Virus record (IMG/VR): IMGVR_UViG_3300017971_000207
Location: 32,001 to 96,000 of that record
Strand: one strand, 5' to 3'
Source: a virus
Length of the DNA stretch: 64,000 nucleotides
Shown: piece by piece, positions 17,416 through 27,867 of the stretch
Position numbering within the stretch: the stretch's first letter is position 1
Layout of the letters: the number at the start of each line of letters is the position of its first letter
Made by a program: the position numbers and the translations under genes
The notes under the pieces: model-generated
What the model saw: only the letters and a program-made list of their open reading frames with translations
The model's database searches: none
What the model was told of the DNA's origin: nothing

Positions 17416-20400
17416 CTACTCCATCAGAAGGGGCTCGACATACTTCCTGTACATCTCCCCAAGGTTGCGCTCCTCAACCACAAAGTCCTCAATCGGTACC
17501 CCGTTGCAAACATTGATGCCCGCTGCGCGGCACTTCTCAATAATGACCTGCCTGTACGTCTTCCCGTGGTAGGGGTCGGATATGTCAGTGACCGTACCAG
17601 AGCAGGTTATCCGGAGAATGCTCCGAACCGGGATACCGTAGCGGACCGCAGACTCCGTGGTCTTGTTCTGCGCCGACGTCTCAAGGTCGTTTATCGCGCC
17701 CTCGATGTTCAAACGCTCCCGCCAATACATACCATCCTTCGGACCCGACCGTTGCGGCGCCGTTATCCCAAAGTCGTCGCCGATCAGAAAGTAATAATCT
17801 AAGCGGCCGATCTCCCGCGGGTGGATGAGCGCCTGAGCACCTCCTCTCGATGCCCAAGGCATACCCGCGCCGGACCCCGCATTAGACGAAAGCTTCTTCT
17901 TCGTGACGATGTAGTTGAGCGCCTGGTCCGCTCCCCCCGTCTTCGTATCATCGTTCTCAGACGTCGCCCCAACGCGCCCAATACCCTGCGTAGCCCGCTG
18001 ATTCGCGCTGATAATCCCAGCAGTCAGAATCGAGTGCACAAACTCGTAGTTGATGCCCTGCACGGCAAAGCGATAGCCCTGCTCATATAGGCGCTTATAG
18101 CGTCCCTTGTCGACGAAGCAGGTGTAGCCGGGAAACACCTCCTCCTCGACAACCTCGTTCAAGTTAACATCCACGCCCGATGCCGCAATGAACTCCTTGA
18201 TCTTCGCAGGCGTCTTCAGCTCCTTCGGCATCGTCGCCCCGTAATAGCTGTCCGACAGCGCATCTGCCGTCTGAGGTGCGACAGACCAGAGCACCTGCAT
18301 CAGCTTGCGATACTCCTTCTCCTCTGGCGTAGCATTGCGCAGCAGCTCCCCAGACAGACCAGGCTTTACCGCCTCCAGAAGACGCTTCAGCGCCTCGTGA
18401 GGCGTCTCGCCCGCCTTCGGGCGCACGCGTGCCCACACACCACCCTGCCACGCATAGCAACCCTGCTTCATCCAGTAGCCTGGGACCTTAAGCTTGTCGC
18501 CGACCTCTAGGTCCCCTGTGGGCCTGTTGTTCCGTAGGCGTAGCGCCTGCTCCGTCGTGTTGTGCTGGCGCGCAACATACTGCCAAGCAGTAAGCGACAC
18601 CTTGGGGGCGCCCCAGACACCCGCGTTGATAATGTCGGTACCCTCCCGCCCAAAGTCCGACGCCTTAACCTTGTGGTTCTTCTCTTTGATCCGGTCTGCC
18701 TTCGCGATATGAAGCTCCGAGCCCTGGTCCGACCAGTACACAGTAGTGATTGGTTGGCTATGATGCTGTCCAGTCGCCACAAAGGCATCCAAGCTGTCGT
18801 CAAAGTTGTTCGGAGGCGTTGGGGCGGCTGACAGGCGGAAGCTGCCGTCCGTGCCGCCATGCCCCGTAAGCAGCTCTCCCCACACGTTAGGCCGCAGCTT
18901 GAGAGCAAACTCGTAGTAGAGCCCCTGAGTATCTTTCCACTTCCTAACGGTAAGATTGTTGCCCTCGACCGCTGCACCATCCGACTCGAAGCGCACACCA
19001 GAACGCCCGAGGTTCATCTTGTGCACCTCCGCGAGGTCTGCCGCGTTAGCCCTGGCGGGCGGATGGGCAATATCGTCCGGGAAGTACAAAGGTACCGGCG
19101 GGGTCGGACCTACCGGAGACGTCACATTGAACGGCTCGACCGGAACATCCATCTTCACGGAGGCTCCCTCAAAGGCCGCCTTGTCGATTAGAACGTGCGT
19201 GTAGTAGCTGCCCGTTACAAGGCCGTGCGCCGTATCGTACGAGATACCCAGCTCCGTACAGATATCCTTGAGCCGCTGCTTCGGGTCCGGCGCATCATTA
19301 GTGATGCACAGCAGCAGCTTCGACGGCTCGGTGTTGTGCTGCTTGGTCTTGACAGTAACGCCGAGATCACTCCCTTGCTTGGTCAGATACTCGGAGGATG
19401 AGAAGGTCTTCTCAATAACAGAGGGGCCCTCGACGGGCTCGTCAGGCACCTGCCAGCCGCCTGCAAAGGTGAATTGCCCTGTGTCCTTCTTCCCCGTCCG
19501 CTCGCGGTACATGAGCGTGATGAAGGTCTCAAAGTCCCTCCGCAGATCAAGCTTTCGGCGGCGCGCCCGCTGGAGGAACTTGCGCTGCTCCGCCGGCTTG
19601 CCGGGCCAATACGACTCCGCATAGGGGCGCAGCATCTTGATAAACTTCGCCGTGGGGATGGCCTGCAGCTTCATAACGGTTTTCTCGATCCTACTTAGAT
19701 CGAGATCGAAGTCATTATTCCGCCACCCTACCCACAGCTTGTTGTAGACACTCCCAACGTTGTTGGGGTCGTACTTCCCAGTTAGCTCATCCTTACCCAG
19801 GAACAGGTAGCATTGCTCCTTATCGACACCCTGCACCGTGCCGTCCGCCAGACGGATAAACTGCCCCCCATGATTGTCGTTCTGCGACATCAGCCAATCG
19901 ACCACCTGCTCCTGAACGAGGTAAGAGCGGTCTGCCGCCGATAGCTCCGTAGCCGGGTGCTTGTATTGCTGCTCCAAGGTGGGGTTGGTGCTGTCCAGCT
20001 CTACTAGCGGCTGCAGCGTGCCCACGTGGCCGCGAAGCTTGATCACCCCGACGGGGATAGCATCTGGGTTGACCGTCTTGGCCACCTCGTAGAATATCTG
20101 CTGAGCTGCTGCCGCGAAGGGTTTGATCTCCTTGTTCCAACCCTTTGTGATGGCCGGCTTGAACATCCACCGCTTACCGGTCTTCTTATCGGTGTAGATG
20201 TATTTCTCGCCCGCGCCGCCGAGGATGCTCTTGGCGCTCTTCCCCTCGTCTAGGTCCTTCTTCTTAGGCAGCTGCGGCAGCTTCGGCATCGCCAGGACGA
20301 CCTCCTCAGCTGACAGGGAGACCGGCGGCAATGCCGTGGAAGGCCCAGGCTCAGGGAGAACCTCGGGCAGCGGGTAGGTAGCTGTGGGTCCTGGAGGCGG

Positions 20401-23400
20401 CGCAGAGACTGGTACCTCTTCCCCGGCCTCATCCGTCACATCCTTGTAGTTGCCCGTGCTGACAATGTGCAGCTTAACCTTCGCCGGCTTGGTCGGGTCC
20501 GCCGTGTCGTAGATGGCCCCATCGTTGGAGTCGACATATTGCGTCGGCCCTAGACCGATAACCTGAAACACCTCGCTCGTGAGCGGGTGGACGAACTCGT
20601 TTACGGCTAGGCCCTGAGCAGCTTGGTCTGCCTCCGTGTTCGACTTGGAGGGGACCGGCTTGCTCTTCGGAGGCTTCGGAGTCCAAGGCATCACGAACAG
20701 CCCCTTTGCCTCCATCTCCTCCACGGTGGGCGTCGCCGGTGCCGGCGCGGGCTCGGGAGCCGCTGCCGGAGGCGACGGTGCTGGAGCCAGCGCCCCGGTC
20801 ACCTTGGCCTTCATGACCTCGTTGGCCTTCCCGGACCAGGCGTGCGCTAACGTCTTGTCCTCCTCAGCATGTATGGCATAAGCAGCATAAACTTGAGCAG
20901 CTACACTAGCCGGTCCCCACTTGGCTAGGCCCTTCAGCACATCATACGCCGCCTTGACCTTGTCGGCCTGGTCCGCTGTGAGCTTGGAGGCCCCAAGGAG
21001 CAGCCCAGCATAGCTCTCCGAGGCTATCGCCGCCTCAACGTCCTCGTCCGACACAGGCTCCCCAGAGGTACCCACTATCCCAAGTATCTCTGCCTGACGC
21101 ATGCACCAATCCGACGCCGTCTTATCCTCCCCATTCATCTCATAGGCGAAGTAGATCGCCCCAGCCGCTGCTAATGCATCCCCTATCTTGGTGTTCACCA
21201 TCGAGGTGTGAAAGTTCATCATCAGAGTGGCAAGCTCTGAGCCGTGAACAGCCGCTGGGTAGCAATTATAAGCCTCGTTGAGATACCACTGCACGTTGGT
21301 ATCCGCGCCCTTCTCCTTCGAGCCGCCGGGCTCCACCGCACGCCAGTGCAGATAGAGTAGGTAGCTAAGAAGCGCACGCTCGTTCATAGCCTCTGCGGAC
21401 GAAGCTAAGAGCGCCGCGTCTATCTGAGCTGCCTGGCCGCCCTCTAAGGATCCCGCCTTGCACTGCTCCGACACCTTGGTGTAAAGCGGCCCGAGATTGA
21501 TGTCCGCAAGAAGCTTGTCAATGTCGCTCTGTGGAGCTGGAGCGGGAGCGGGGGCCACAGGGTCGAGAGGCTCAGGCTCTGGCGGGTCCGTCAGCTCCGC
21601 ACCCGTGGTGAGCATACCTAGCTTGGTCTGAACGTCCGCGAGGTCGTCCTCATACATGGTCGTCGCCGCAGCATTCCCCTGAGCCTTATACGACGCGATG
21701 ATAACCTTCAGCAGGCCGGCATACTTGAGCCAGCTCTCCTCATCCTCCGCAACCACCAACGCATCCTTGATGTCCGCCCAGTTAGAGGCGCTGAGGTAAG
21801 GCGCGAGGGGAAGCAGGTCCTCGGGATTGGCCTCCGAGTACGTTAGCACCGTCTTGAGTGCTGCGTTTACCTCCTCCTGCTGCTGGCTCTTCCAGTCGGC
21901 CGCATCAGGCGAGCCAATCTGATCGTGATACTTAGCCACCACGGCCAAAGCCTGCGCTGCCTTGACGTGCTGCTTGTCCTTCTTTAGCTGCGTCAGCGCC
22001 GTGGTTAGACCGCCAAGCTCGAACGCATTAAGATTGCCCGCGCTGGCCTTAGCATATAGGCCCTCGGTATCTCCCTTCTGCGTAGCCTCCATGGCCACGT
22101 TGAAAAGATCCCCCGCCGCTAACGCCTGCTCCGCGTTGTTCTTTGCCTGCTGCCAATACTCCTCGTGAGCATCGTTGCCCTTGGCCTTGTGGTAAGCCTC
22201 CGCGACAGCTGCCAGCTTGACCATGTCCGCCCACCCTGTGGATGCCTTAGCCTCATAATACGCTTGTGTAACCGCAATACACGACTCGTCTAGAAGACCG
22301 CCGCTCGTAGCAGCCTCCTGCAACACATCGAGCTTACCGCCCGCCAGTGCTGCCGATGCCTCGTCCACACTAAGCACCTTGGGAGCGGGCATCGCCGCTA
22401 CAGCGGCCGCGTTGTTGGCATCAAACTGAAGCTTGTCCGACTCGGCCTGCCAAACCGCTGCCGTCGCCTTTGCACCCTGCGCCTCGCACGCGTCCGCAAT
22501 CGCCTGAGCCTTCTGGGCCGCTGCTGCCTTGTCGGCAGTCAGCTGCAGCTCATCAAACTCTGCAATAAGCCCAAGAACATCTGCGTCCGACGGCACAGCA
22601 GCCTTCGCAGCCTCCTCAGCCTTCTCCTGCTCCACGGCCGCCACAGCCTGCCAGTTCAGCGCTGAGAAAGACTGACCCTGCGACGCCCACCCCTTCGCTA
22701 TCTCGCTAGCGATCTCCGCCTTCTGCGCGGGCGTTAACGCCTCGGTGAAGTCCTGTACAAGGTCGTTGATCTCCTCCTTCGTATAGGCTTCCCCTCCAGG
22801 CTCCTCAAGCGCTGCCGCCTTCACCTGTGCCGTAGCCTTAATATCTTCGGCAACCTCCTTCCACATCCCACAAGCCTCGTCGCCGATAGCGCCGAAACCA
22901 TCTGAGATTTTCAGAGCCAGATCCAGAGCCTTTGCGAGATCACCTCCCTGGAGCGCCGCCGCAAACGCGCTCTGCTCAGCCTGCAGCTCCTGGAAAGCGG
23001 GGGCGGACATGTCCGCCTTAGCTGCATAGACGTCCGCCTCCTTAAACCAGGCCGCGGACTTCTTCCCATCATCGACCACCTGCGCGTAGTAACCAGCAAT
23101 GAGGTGCGCCAGCTTAGAGCACTGCTCCCACTCCCCCTTGCTATCCGAGGCAACCAGGAGGTCCATCAGCTTGTTGAACTGGTCCGAGGTTACCTTACCC
23201 GCATCGATGTCCTCGGGCTTGCCCGCGGCTAAAGCTCCCGTGAAAGCCGCCTCCTGCTGCTCAATCGCAGCTTTCTCCGCCGCCTTCTCGATGGCCTTCT
23301 TGTGCATCATGATCTTGAAGCCGAAGGCCCCCACCCACTGCTGACCAGGCTGCGTTGCGTAGTAGTCTTTCAGGAGCTGAAGAACCTGAATGGCTCCTTC

Positions 23401-24987
23401 ATAGTCCTCCTTCCCCGTCAGCTCGTTCTGGTCCTTGTGCAGCTGCGTCAGAAAGTCCTTACCCGCCTTCGACATATTGGCGGCGACCGTCGCAAAGTCC
23501 TTCGCCTCATACGCCGACTGAAGCTCCGCCTCGACCTTCCATGCCGTCGCCTGAGCCAAGCTGTCCGACCAGGCAGACTTGAACGGAGTCTCAATCCCAC
23601 TGAGGAGCGCCATCAGCTCGGAGCCCTGCTCCACCGCCTTAGCCCAATCCCCCGCACTCAGAGCGTTTCGGAACGCTAACGCCTTCTCCTGGACCTCCGC
23701 CGGGAGCTCGTCAAACGCTGCCTTCTTCTCCTTGACCAACGACAACCGCTGCTGCGCGGTTTCGATCTTCTCCGAGTCCCCCATCAGCACCCTATACTTG
23801 AGAAGAAGATCAAATAGCCGGACAGCCTTGTCGAAGTTCAAGGCTCGCTCCGCCCGCGCAGCCACCTTAAACACGTTCCCAGCCATGGCCCCCGTCCAGC
23901 CGACCAACGTATTGCTAAGAAGAGTATAGTCGTCGGAGCTGAGCGCCTTCTTAATCGCTTGTACTGATATGGGGACGTGACCAGCCGCAGAGGCCGCCTT
24001 AGCCTTCAGCCCCCACTCCTCACCCTTGTCGGGCTCCCCTCGGATGTTGTAGATGCCCTGGAGAATCGTGGCCAGGAACGCGGCCTTCCCCCACTGGTTG
24101 AGCCCGGTAAAAGTCTCGTAGTCGGCCTCTAGGGAGGCCAACATGGTAGCTGTGAGCGCTGCCGCCTGCGCCTTGATGGCCAGATAGTCCCCGGCGGCCT
24201 GAGCCGAGAAGAAGTCGTCCGGGTCCATCATAGGCGGCACATCAGACTCATCCACCACCTTCTGCCACTTAGCGGCTTGGTCCCCCTGACCGCGCGCATT
24301 GTAGATGTCCGCCAATATCGCAGCGATGTAAATGGCCTGCGGCATCTTGCTGGCCAGCAGCTTGTCGTTGTAGTCCGCCTCGATGCCTTGCAAGATCGCT
24401 GGGACCAGCTCCGAGGCCATTGCGACCAGCGCCTTGTAGTCCTTGTTGGCCAGGGCCTCGGCCTGCGCCTCGGGAGGCTCCGGCTCGGGGGGCTCCGGCT
24501 TCTTAGGAAGACCCACAATACCGACCGGCTCGGGGAAGGTGGTGGGCAACGGCTCGCCAGCGGCGAGCGCCTTGGAGAAAGTGTCCTGCGGTACGACCCC
24601 CGCAGCCTTAGCCTGCTTCACCTTCCAGGCCAGATAACCCTTTTTCATCCACTGGGTCATCTGAGGAACCTCCTCGGCTCCCTCCACAGGCTTGATGTCC
24701 GCCACGGCGCCCGAGAACGCCGCAGGGTCTCCGATATCGCCGACCGGTGGGAACTCCTCAGCTCCTGGTGGAGGATCAATGAGGTGTGGTGCGTGCTGCT
24801 TCTTGGATAGGTGCTGTGCCTTAATCGTGGCTACGAAGGGGTCCTTACCTGGCGGCTGCTTCCAGACGTAAACCTTTTCTCCCTTGACACCGATGACCTT
24901 CACCTCCTGCACAATGCTGGAGGTATCAAGCAACGCTCCCTGCTGCTCCCAAAGGGCAGCACCCGCTGGACGACCCTGACGAGACAT
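17416..24987 (-). CDS. 2523-aa multidomain protein: Ala-rich helical repeats, PI3/4-kinase/HipA-like domain, LysM, possible ART-like C-terminus
   Basis: GGAGEK...WMFKP...DWLMSQNDNHGGQF...GVDKEQ (about 20220-19810); WQYVARQHNTTEQALRLRN...LEVGDKLKVP (about 18590-18480). Confidence 0.7.
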   Translation of the reverse strand: MSRQGRPAGAALWEQQGALLDTSSIVQEVKVIGVKGEKVYVWKQPPGKDPFVATIKAQHLSKKQHAPHLIDPPPGAEEFPPVGDIGDPAAFSGAVADIKPVEGAEEVPQMTQWMKKGYLAWKVKQAKAAGVVPQDTFSKALAAGEPLPTTFPEPVGIVGLPKKPEPPEPEPPEAQAEALANKDYKALVAMASELVPAILQGIEADYNDKLLASKMPQAIYIAAILADIYNARGQGDQAAKWQKVVDESDVPPMMDPDDFFSAQAAGDYLAIKAQAAALTATMLASLEADYETFTGLNQWGKAAFLATILQGIYNIRGEPDKGEEWGLKAKAASAAGHVPISVQAIKKALSSDDYTLLSNTLVGWTGAMAGNVFKVAARAERALNFDKAVRLFDLLLKYRVLMGDSEKIETAQQRLSLVKEKKAAFDELPAEVQEKALAFRNALSAGDWAKAVEQGSELMALLSGIETPFKSAWSDSLAQATAWKVEAELQSAYEAKDFATVAANMSKAGKDFLTQLHKDQNELTGKEDYEGAIQVLQLLKDYYATQPGQQWVGAFGFKIMMHKKAIEKAAEKAAIEQQEAAFTGALAAGKPEDIDAGKVTSDQFNKLMDLLVASDSKGEWEQCSKLAHLIAGYYAQVVDDGKKSAAWFKEADVYAAKADMSAPAFQELQAEQSAFAAALQGGDLAKALDLALKISDGFGAIGDEACGMWKEVAEDIKATAQVKAAALEEPGGEAYTKEEINDLVQDFTEALTPAQKAEIASEIAKGWASQGQSFSALNWQAVAAVEQEKAEEAAKAAVPSDADVLGLIAEFDELQLTADKAAAAQKAQAIADACEAQGAKATAAVWQAESDKLQFDANNAAAVAAMPAPKVLSVDEASAALAGGKLDVLQEAATSGGLLDESCIAVTQAYYEAKASTGWADMVKLAAVAEAYHKAKGNDAHEEYWQQAKNNAEQALAAGDLFNVAMEATQKGDTEGLYAKASAGNLNAFELGGLTTALTQLKKDKQHVKAAQALAVVAKYHDQIGSPDAADWKSQQQEEVNAALKTVLTYSEANPEDLLPLAPYLSASNWADIKDALVVAEDEESWLKYAGLLKVIIASYKAQGNAAATTMYEDDLADVQTKLGMLTTGAELTDPPEPEPLDPVAPAPAPAPQSDIDKLLADINLGPLYTKVSEQCKAGSLEGGQAAQIDAALLASSAEAMNERALLSYLLYLHWRAVEPGGSKEKGADTNVQWYLNEAYNCYPAAVHGSELATLMMNFHTSMVNTKIGDALAAAGAIYFAYEMNGEDKTASDWCMRQAEILGIVGTSGEPVSDEDVEAAIASESYAGLLLGASKLTADQADKVKAAYDVLKGLAKWGPASVAAQVYAAYAIHAEEDKTLAHAWSGKANEVMKAKVTGALAPAPSPPAAAPEPAPAPATPTVEEMEAKGLFVMPWTPKPPKSKPVPSKSNTEADQAAQGLAVNEFVHPLTSEVFQVIGLGPTQYVDSNDGAIYDTADPTKPAKVKLHIVSTGNYKDVTDEAGEEVPVSAPPPGPTATYPLPEVLPEPGPSTALPPVSLSAEEVVLAMPKLPQLPKKKDLDEGKSAKSILGGAGEKYIYTDKKTGKRWMFKPAITKGWNKEIKPFAAAAQQIFYEVAKTVNPDAIPVGVIKLRGHVGTLQPLVELDSTNPTLEQQYKHPATELSAADRSYLVQEQVVDWLMSQNDNHGGQFIRLADGTVQGVDKEQCYLFLGKDELTGKYDPNNVGSVYNKLWVGWRNNDFDLDLSRIEKTVMKLQAIPTAKFIKMLRPYAESYWPGKPAEQRKFLQRARRRKLDLRRDFETFITLMYRERTGKKDTGQFTFAGGWQVPDEPVEGPSVIEKTFSSSEYLTKQGSDLGVTVKTKQHNTEPSKLLLCITNDAPDPKQRLKDICTELGISYDTAHGLVTGSYYTHVLIDKAAFEGASVKMDVPVEPFNVTSPVGPTPPVPLYFPDDIAHPPARANAADLAEVHKMNLGRSGVRFESDGAAVEGNNLTVRKWKDTQGLYYEFALKLRPNVWGELLTGHGGTDGSFRLSAAPTPPNNFDDSLDAFVATGQHHSQPITTVYWSDQGSELHIAKADRIKEKNHKVKASDFGREGTDIINAGVWGAPKVSLTAWQYVARQHNTTEQALRLRNNRPTGDLEVGDKLKVPGYWMKQGCYAWQGGVWARVRPKAGETPHEALKRLLEAVKPGLSGELLRNATPEEKEYRKLMQVLWSVAPQTADALSDSYYGATMPKELKTPAKIKEFIAASGVDVNLNEVVEEEVFPGYTCFVDKGRYKRLYEQGYRFAVQGINYEFVHSILTAGIISANQRATQGIGRVGATSENDDTKTGGADQALNYIVTKKKLSSNAGSGAGMPWASRGGAQALIHPREIGRLDYYFLIGDDFGITAPQRSGPKDGMYWRERLNIEGAINDLETSAQNKTTESAVRYGIPVRSILRITCSGTVTDISDPYHGKTYRQVIIEKCRAAGINVCNGVPIEDFVVEERNLGEMYRKYVEPLLME

Positions 24988-25071
24988 ATGCTGGCTCTTA
25001 TCCTTCTGGTGGCGTTAATCTGCGCTCCCCCTGGCGGCGGGGGTGCCCTCCTACTTCTACCATAGATCTAG

Positions 25072-25911
25072 CTAAAGCGCGTCCCTCTCCGCCTCTAGCT
25101 CCTCCTGATCAACACGCTCCGCAGCCTCCAGCCACTGCTCCGTCACCTCTGCAATGACCTCGTTGACGTCACGACCCCAGCTACGGCAAACCTCCAACAC
25201 ACGGTTAACCACCTTTTTGGTACGCTTGCTCATGGCTATATAGACGTGCTCCTTGCCGCCAAAATCGAAGACCATGAACGAGTATTCTAAGGTGTCGCCG
25301 TATTGATTGAACAGGTGGTTGAGCACGCGCCCAAGGTCACTAACCGACTTGGCCTCCTTGGTGGCATTCTGGAGCTTGTCCTGGGCCTCCTTGGGCATCC
25401 CTGCCGCCTTCATACCCTTCTGCACCTGCTTGATCATCTTCTGCCAGCCGGCCTTGTCCGCAAAGGCGAACATTCGCCGCATAGCTTTCTCCCCGTACTT
25501 TGCGGCCATCTCCCGGTGGAGCGCGACCATCTTCTCGGGATTAAGGCGACCGTGAAGCGCGTTCAGACGCACCGTCACGAACTTTTGAAGATCCGGCTCC
25601 TGCCACTTCTCGTCCGAGAGGACCACACACGGTACACGCTCCATCCCAAGCGTCTTAGCCGCCTGCCACCGATGGGCTCCACCGATGATACGATAGGACC
25701 CATCCACCAGCGGGACCACCTGCAAAGGAGCGATGAAGCCTACCTCCGTGATCTCGTTAAGGAGCATCTCGAACTCCTCAGAGTTCATCTCATTCGGGTT
25801 AAATGCCGTCGGCTCAATGTCATCGACCCGTATCTGCTTCACCTCCGGAACACTGACCCCACCTTCAATCATGACAGCCCCGAGGTTAAGGTCTCCGATA
25901 GCGTGTCGCAC
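25072..25911 (-). CDS. ParB-like N-terminal domain protein
   Basis: FNPNEM...GFIAPLQV...YRIIGGAHRWQAAKTLG. Confidence 0.88.
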   Translation of the reverse strand: MRHAIGDLNLGAVMIEGGVSVPEVKQIRVDDIEPTAFNPNEMNSEEFEMLLNEITEVGFIAPLQVVPLVDGSYRIIGGAHRWQAAKTLGMERVPCVVLSDEKWQEPDLQKFVTVRLNALHGRLNPEKMVALHREMAAKYGEKAMRRMFAFADKAGWQKMIKQVQKGMKAAGMPKEAQDKLQNATKEAKSVSDLGRVLNHLFNQYGDTLEYSFMVFDFGGKEHVYIAMSKRTKKVVNRVLEVCRSWGRDVNEVIAEVTEQWLEAAERVDQEELEAERDAL

Positions 25912-26090
25912 TTACCCGCGACCACCCGCAGCTCCCCAATCAGCTGCACCAAAAACAGGTTCAAAGCCTGCGGGTCTGTTGCCGGAATCGTTACCCCCGG
26001 CACCTCGTCCATCTTCTTCTGCCACTTCTGGAGCACCGCAACAGCGGTCTCCAGCTCGTTATGGATCACCTCTGGTGAGACTGGTAGCAT
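25869..26090 (-). CDS. Hypothetical protein
   Basis: TGATG coupling to the upstream gene. Confidence 0.55.
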   Translation of the reverse strand: MLPVSPEVIHNELETAVAVLQKWQKKMDEVPGVTIPATDPQALNLFLVQLIGELRVVAGKCDTLSETLTSGLS

Positions 26091-27016
26091 CAGCCCTTCT
26101 CCCCTTCTGATAGCAGCTTCAGAGCCCTAAAGCCGTACACGACCTTGTTCCTCTTCGGGTCGATTGCAACCAAACGCATGTTTAGCAACCTCTCCAGCTT
26201 GTTCAGGTAGGAGACCTTGGCTTTGGGGTCTCCCGCCTTCCCCCAATCGTTGCACGCTATGAAGTCCATGCAGATAAGCCCGAGCCGCGACGACTTACTG
26301 CGCTCCATCCCCCCGAGCTCTCCAGCCCGCTCCAAAGCCGCCAGCACGAGGTCGATGTTCTCGTCCATGCAGGTGAACGTGAACACCTTCGTACGCTCAG
26401 GCTTAGGTAGCGCGGCCGCTGCATCCGTCACCTTGATCGTACCACACCCTAGAAACTTCTCCCGCTCCGCCTCGTTGGCCTCGGCATCCTCGTCCTGCAC
26501 TACATCCTCCCCAACATCATCCACGACCTCGCCGTCTGCCTCACCCATGCGGTCAAGTGCCCGCCCGACAGCGCGCTCCACCAGCAGGTGGTTGTGGGTC
26601 TCCGAGTAATCGACCCACTCCTCTACGGTTCGACGATCATGCTTGTTAGCAAATATTCGGGCCAGCTCCCTGACCTTGGTCCAGCCGAGATTGATGAGGC
26701 GGTCCCGAAGGTCTACGTCCAGCCCGGCCAGCTCTACCTCTAGCATACGTCCGATAACGCGCAGACGCTGCGCTCGCCGGACATGCATCCCAAGGTCGAT
26801 GGTCACGAAGTCGTTGAAGCTGGTATAGCCCCAACGCGTGTACGTAGGGGCGCGCCGCGGGTCGTCGTTGACGGGTATCTGATCAAACCAATACAGCAGC
26901 CGCGCCATCTCCACGTAGCCAGTATCCAGCTGCCGCGCGAGATGCTTGGCCCGCTTCCGCTTACCTTCTGCCCAGTGTAACGACCCTACCGCAATGCTCT
27001 CTGCTGCCTCTGCCAT
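26090..27016 (-). CDS. Hypothetical protein (MAEAAES...)
   Basis: AAGGAG SD before ATG 27016. Confidence 0.7.
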   Translation of the reverse strand: MAEAAESIAVGSLHWAEGKRKRAKHLARQLDTGYVEMARLLYWFDQIPVNDDPRRAPTYTRWGYTSFNDFVTIDLGMHVRRAQRLRVIGRMLEVELAGLDVDLRDRLINLGWTKVRELARIFANKHDRRTVEEWVDYSETHNHLLVERAVGRALDRMGEADGEVVDDVGEDVVQDEDAEANEAEREKFLGCGTIKVTDAAAALPKPERTKVFTFTCMDENIDLVLAALERAGELGGMERSKSSRLGLICMDFIACNDWGKAGDPKAKVSYLNKLERLLNMRLVAIDPKRNKVVYGFRALKLLSEGEKG

Positions 27017-27027
27017 AGCTCGCTCCT

Positions 27028-27321
27028 TTACTTGGGAAAGTCCAGGCGTCTGGCCCGGACCTCCGTCAGCTCCCCCATCTGTCCGTCCCGATTCATAAGC
27101 TCCCCCTCCACCATCACCGTCACCCCGCGCCCGAGACGCTGACGACAAAGGTCGACCAGCCCCTGGCCATACGCGTTAACCTTCACCCAGACAGTGATGG
27201 TCCGATCGCGCGCGACGCGGTCCGCCGCCATCTGAAAGGTGCAGACCGGAGCCCCGTTCCCGGTCTGAGCGTACTCGATCTTTGAGCTTGCGTTGCCGCT
27301 GAGAAAAACGAAGTTAGCCAC
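27028..27321 (-). CDS. ssb: Single-stranded DNA-binding protein, OB fold only, no acidic tail
   Basis: NFVFLSGN...VCTFQMA...WVKVNAYG...GVTVMVEGEL. Confidence 0.85.
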   Translation of the reverse strand: MANFVFLSGNASSKIEYAQTGNGAPVCTFQMAADRVARDRTITVWVKVNAYGQGLVDLCRQRLGRGVTVMVEGELMNRDGQMGELTEVRARRLDFPK

Positions 27322-27867
27322 TTACATCCTCCGAGCCATGTGCAGCACCTCGCTACCGAGGCACGCGACCACGGCCCCCACCGCATCATAGGCATGCTCG
27401 TGGAAGGTACGTGGCACCCCTCGTTTTATCAGCTCCGCCGCAAAATCGCGACCAAAGCGCCGGTCCAGGGCCGCCGCTACATCCCCCTTACTGGCGCTAG
27501 AGCGCCCGCTAACGGCCTTTTTCAGCTCTTGGGGGGTCACCATAACCGTCGGGGTCCGGGCGGCCTCTACGATGCTCACCAAGGCTCCGTAGGCCAGCCC
27601 CATCTTGAAGGTGGTCGAGGCATTGCGCGGCAGGCTCGGAGCCTCAACACAGACAACCTGGACGCCGTCCACAAGCGGGAGCAGGGCGCCCGAAAGCTCT
27701 CGGGCGCGTCGCCAGCTGTCATCTGTCGCACGTACCCCCCGCTTGGCCGCAGATGCCTGCGTCCGAAGAACCCCGAGCGTGTGGACCGTCTCGCCGTCCA
27801 GAGCTATATCAACGACCGCATAGCCGAAGGACGCAAAGCCGGGGTCAAGCCCTAGAACCCGTGCCAT
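27322..27867 (-). CDS. ruvC: Holliday junction resolvase RuvC
   Basis: VLGLDPG...VCVE...PQELKKAVSG...K...HAYDAV. Confidence 0.9.
   Translation of the reverse strand: MARVLGLDPGFASFGYAVVDIALDGETVHTLGVLRTQASAAKRGVRATDDSWRRARELSGALLPLVDGVQVVCVEAPSLPRNASTTFKMGLAYGALVSIVEAARTPTVMVTPQELKKAVSGRSSASKGDVAAALDRRFGRDFAAELIKRGVPRTFHEHAYDAVGAVVACLGSEVLHMARRM

Noticed and set aside
18507-18998. Same-strand alternate-frame ORFs inside the giant gene and inside LAGLIDADG inteins
   Set aside because: Unlike the three nested nucleases, they show no family motifs or clear SD.
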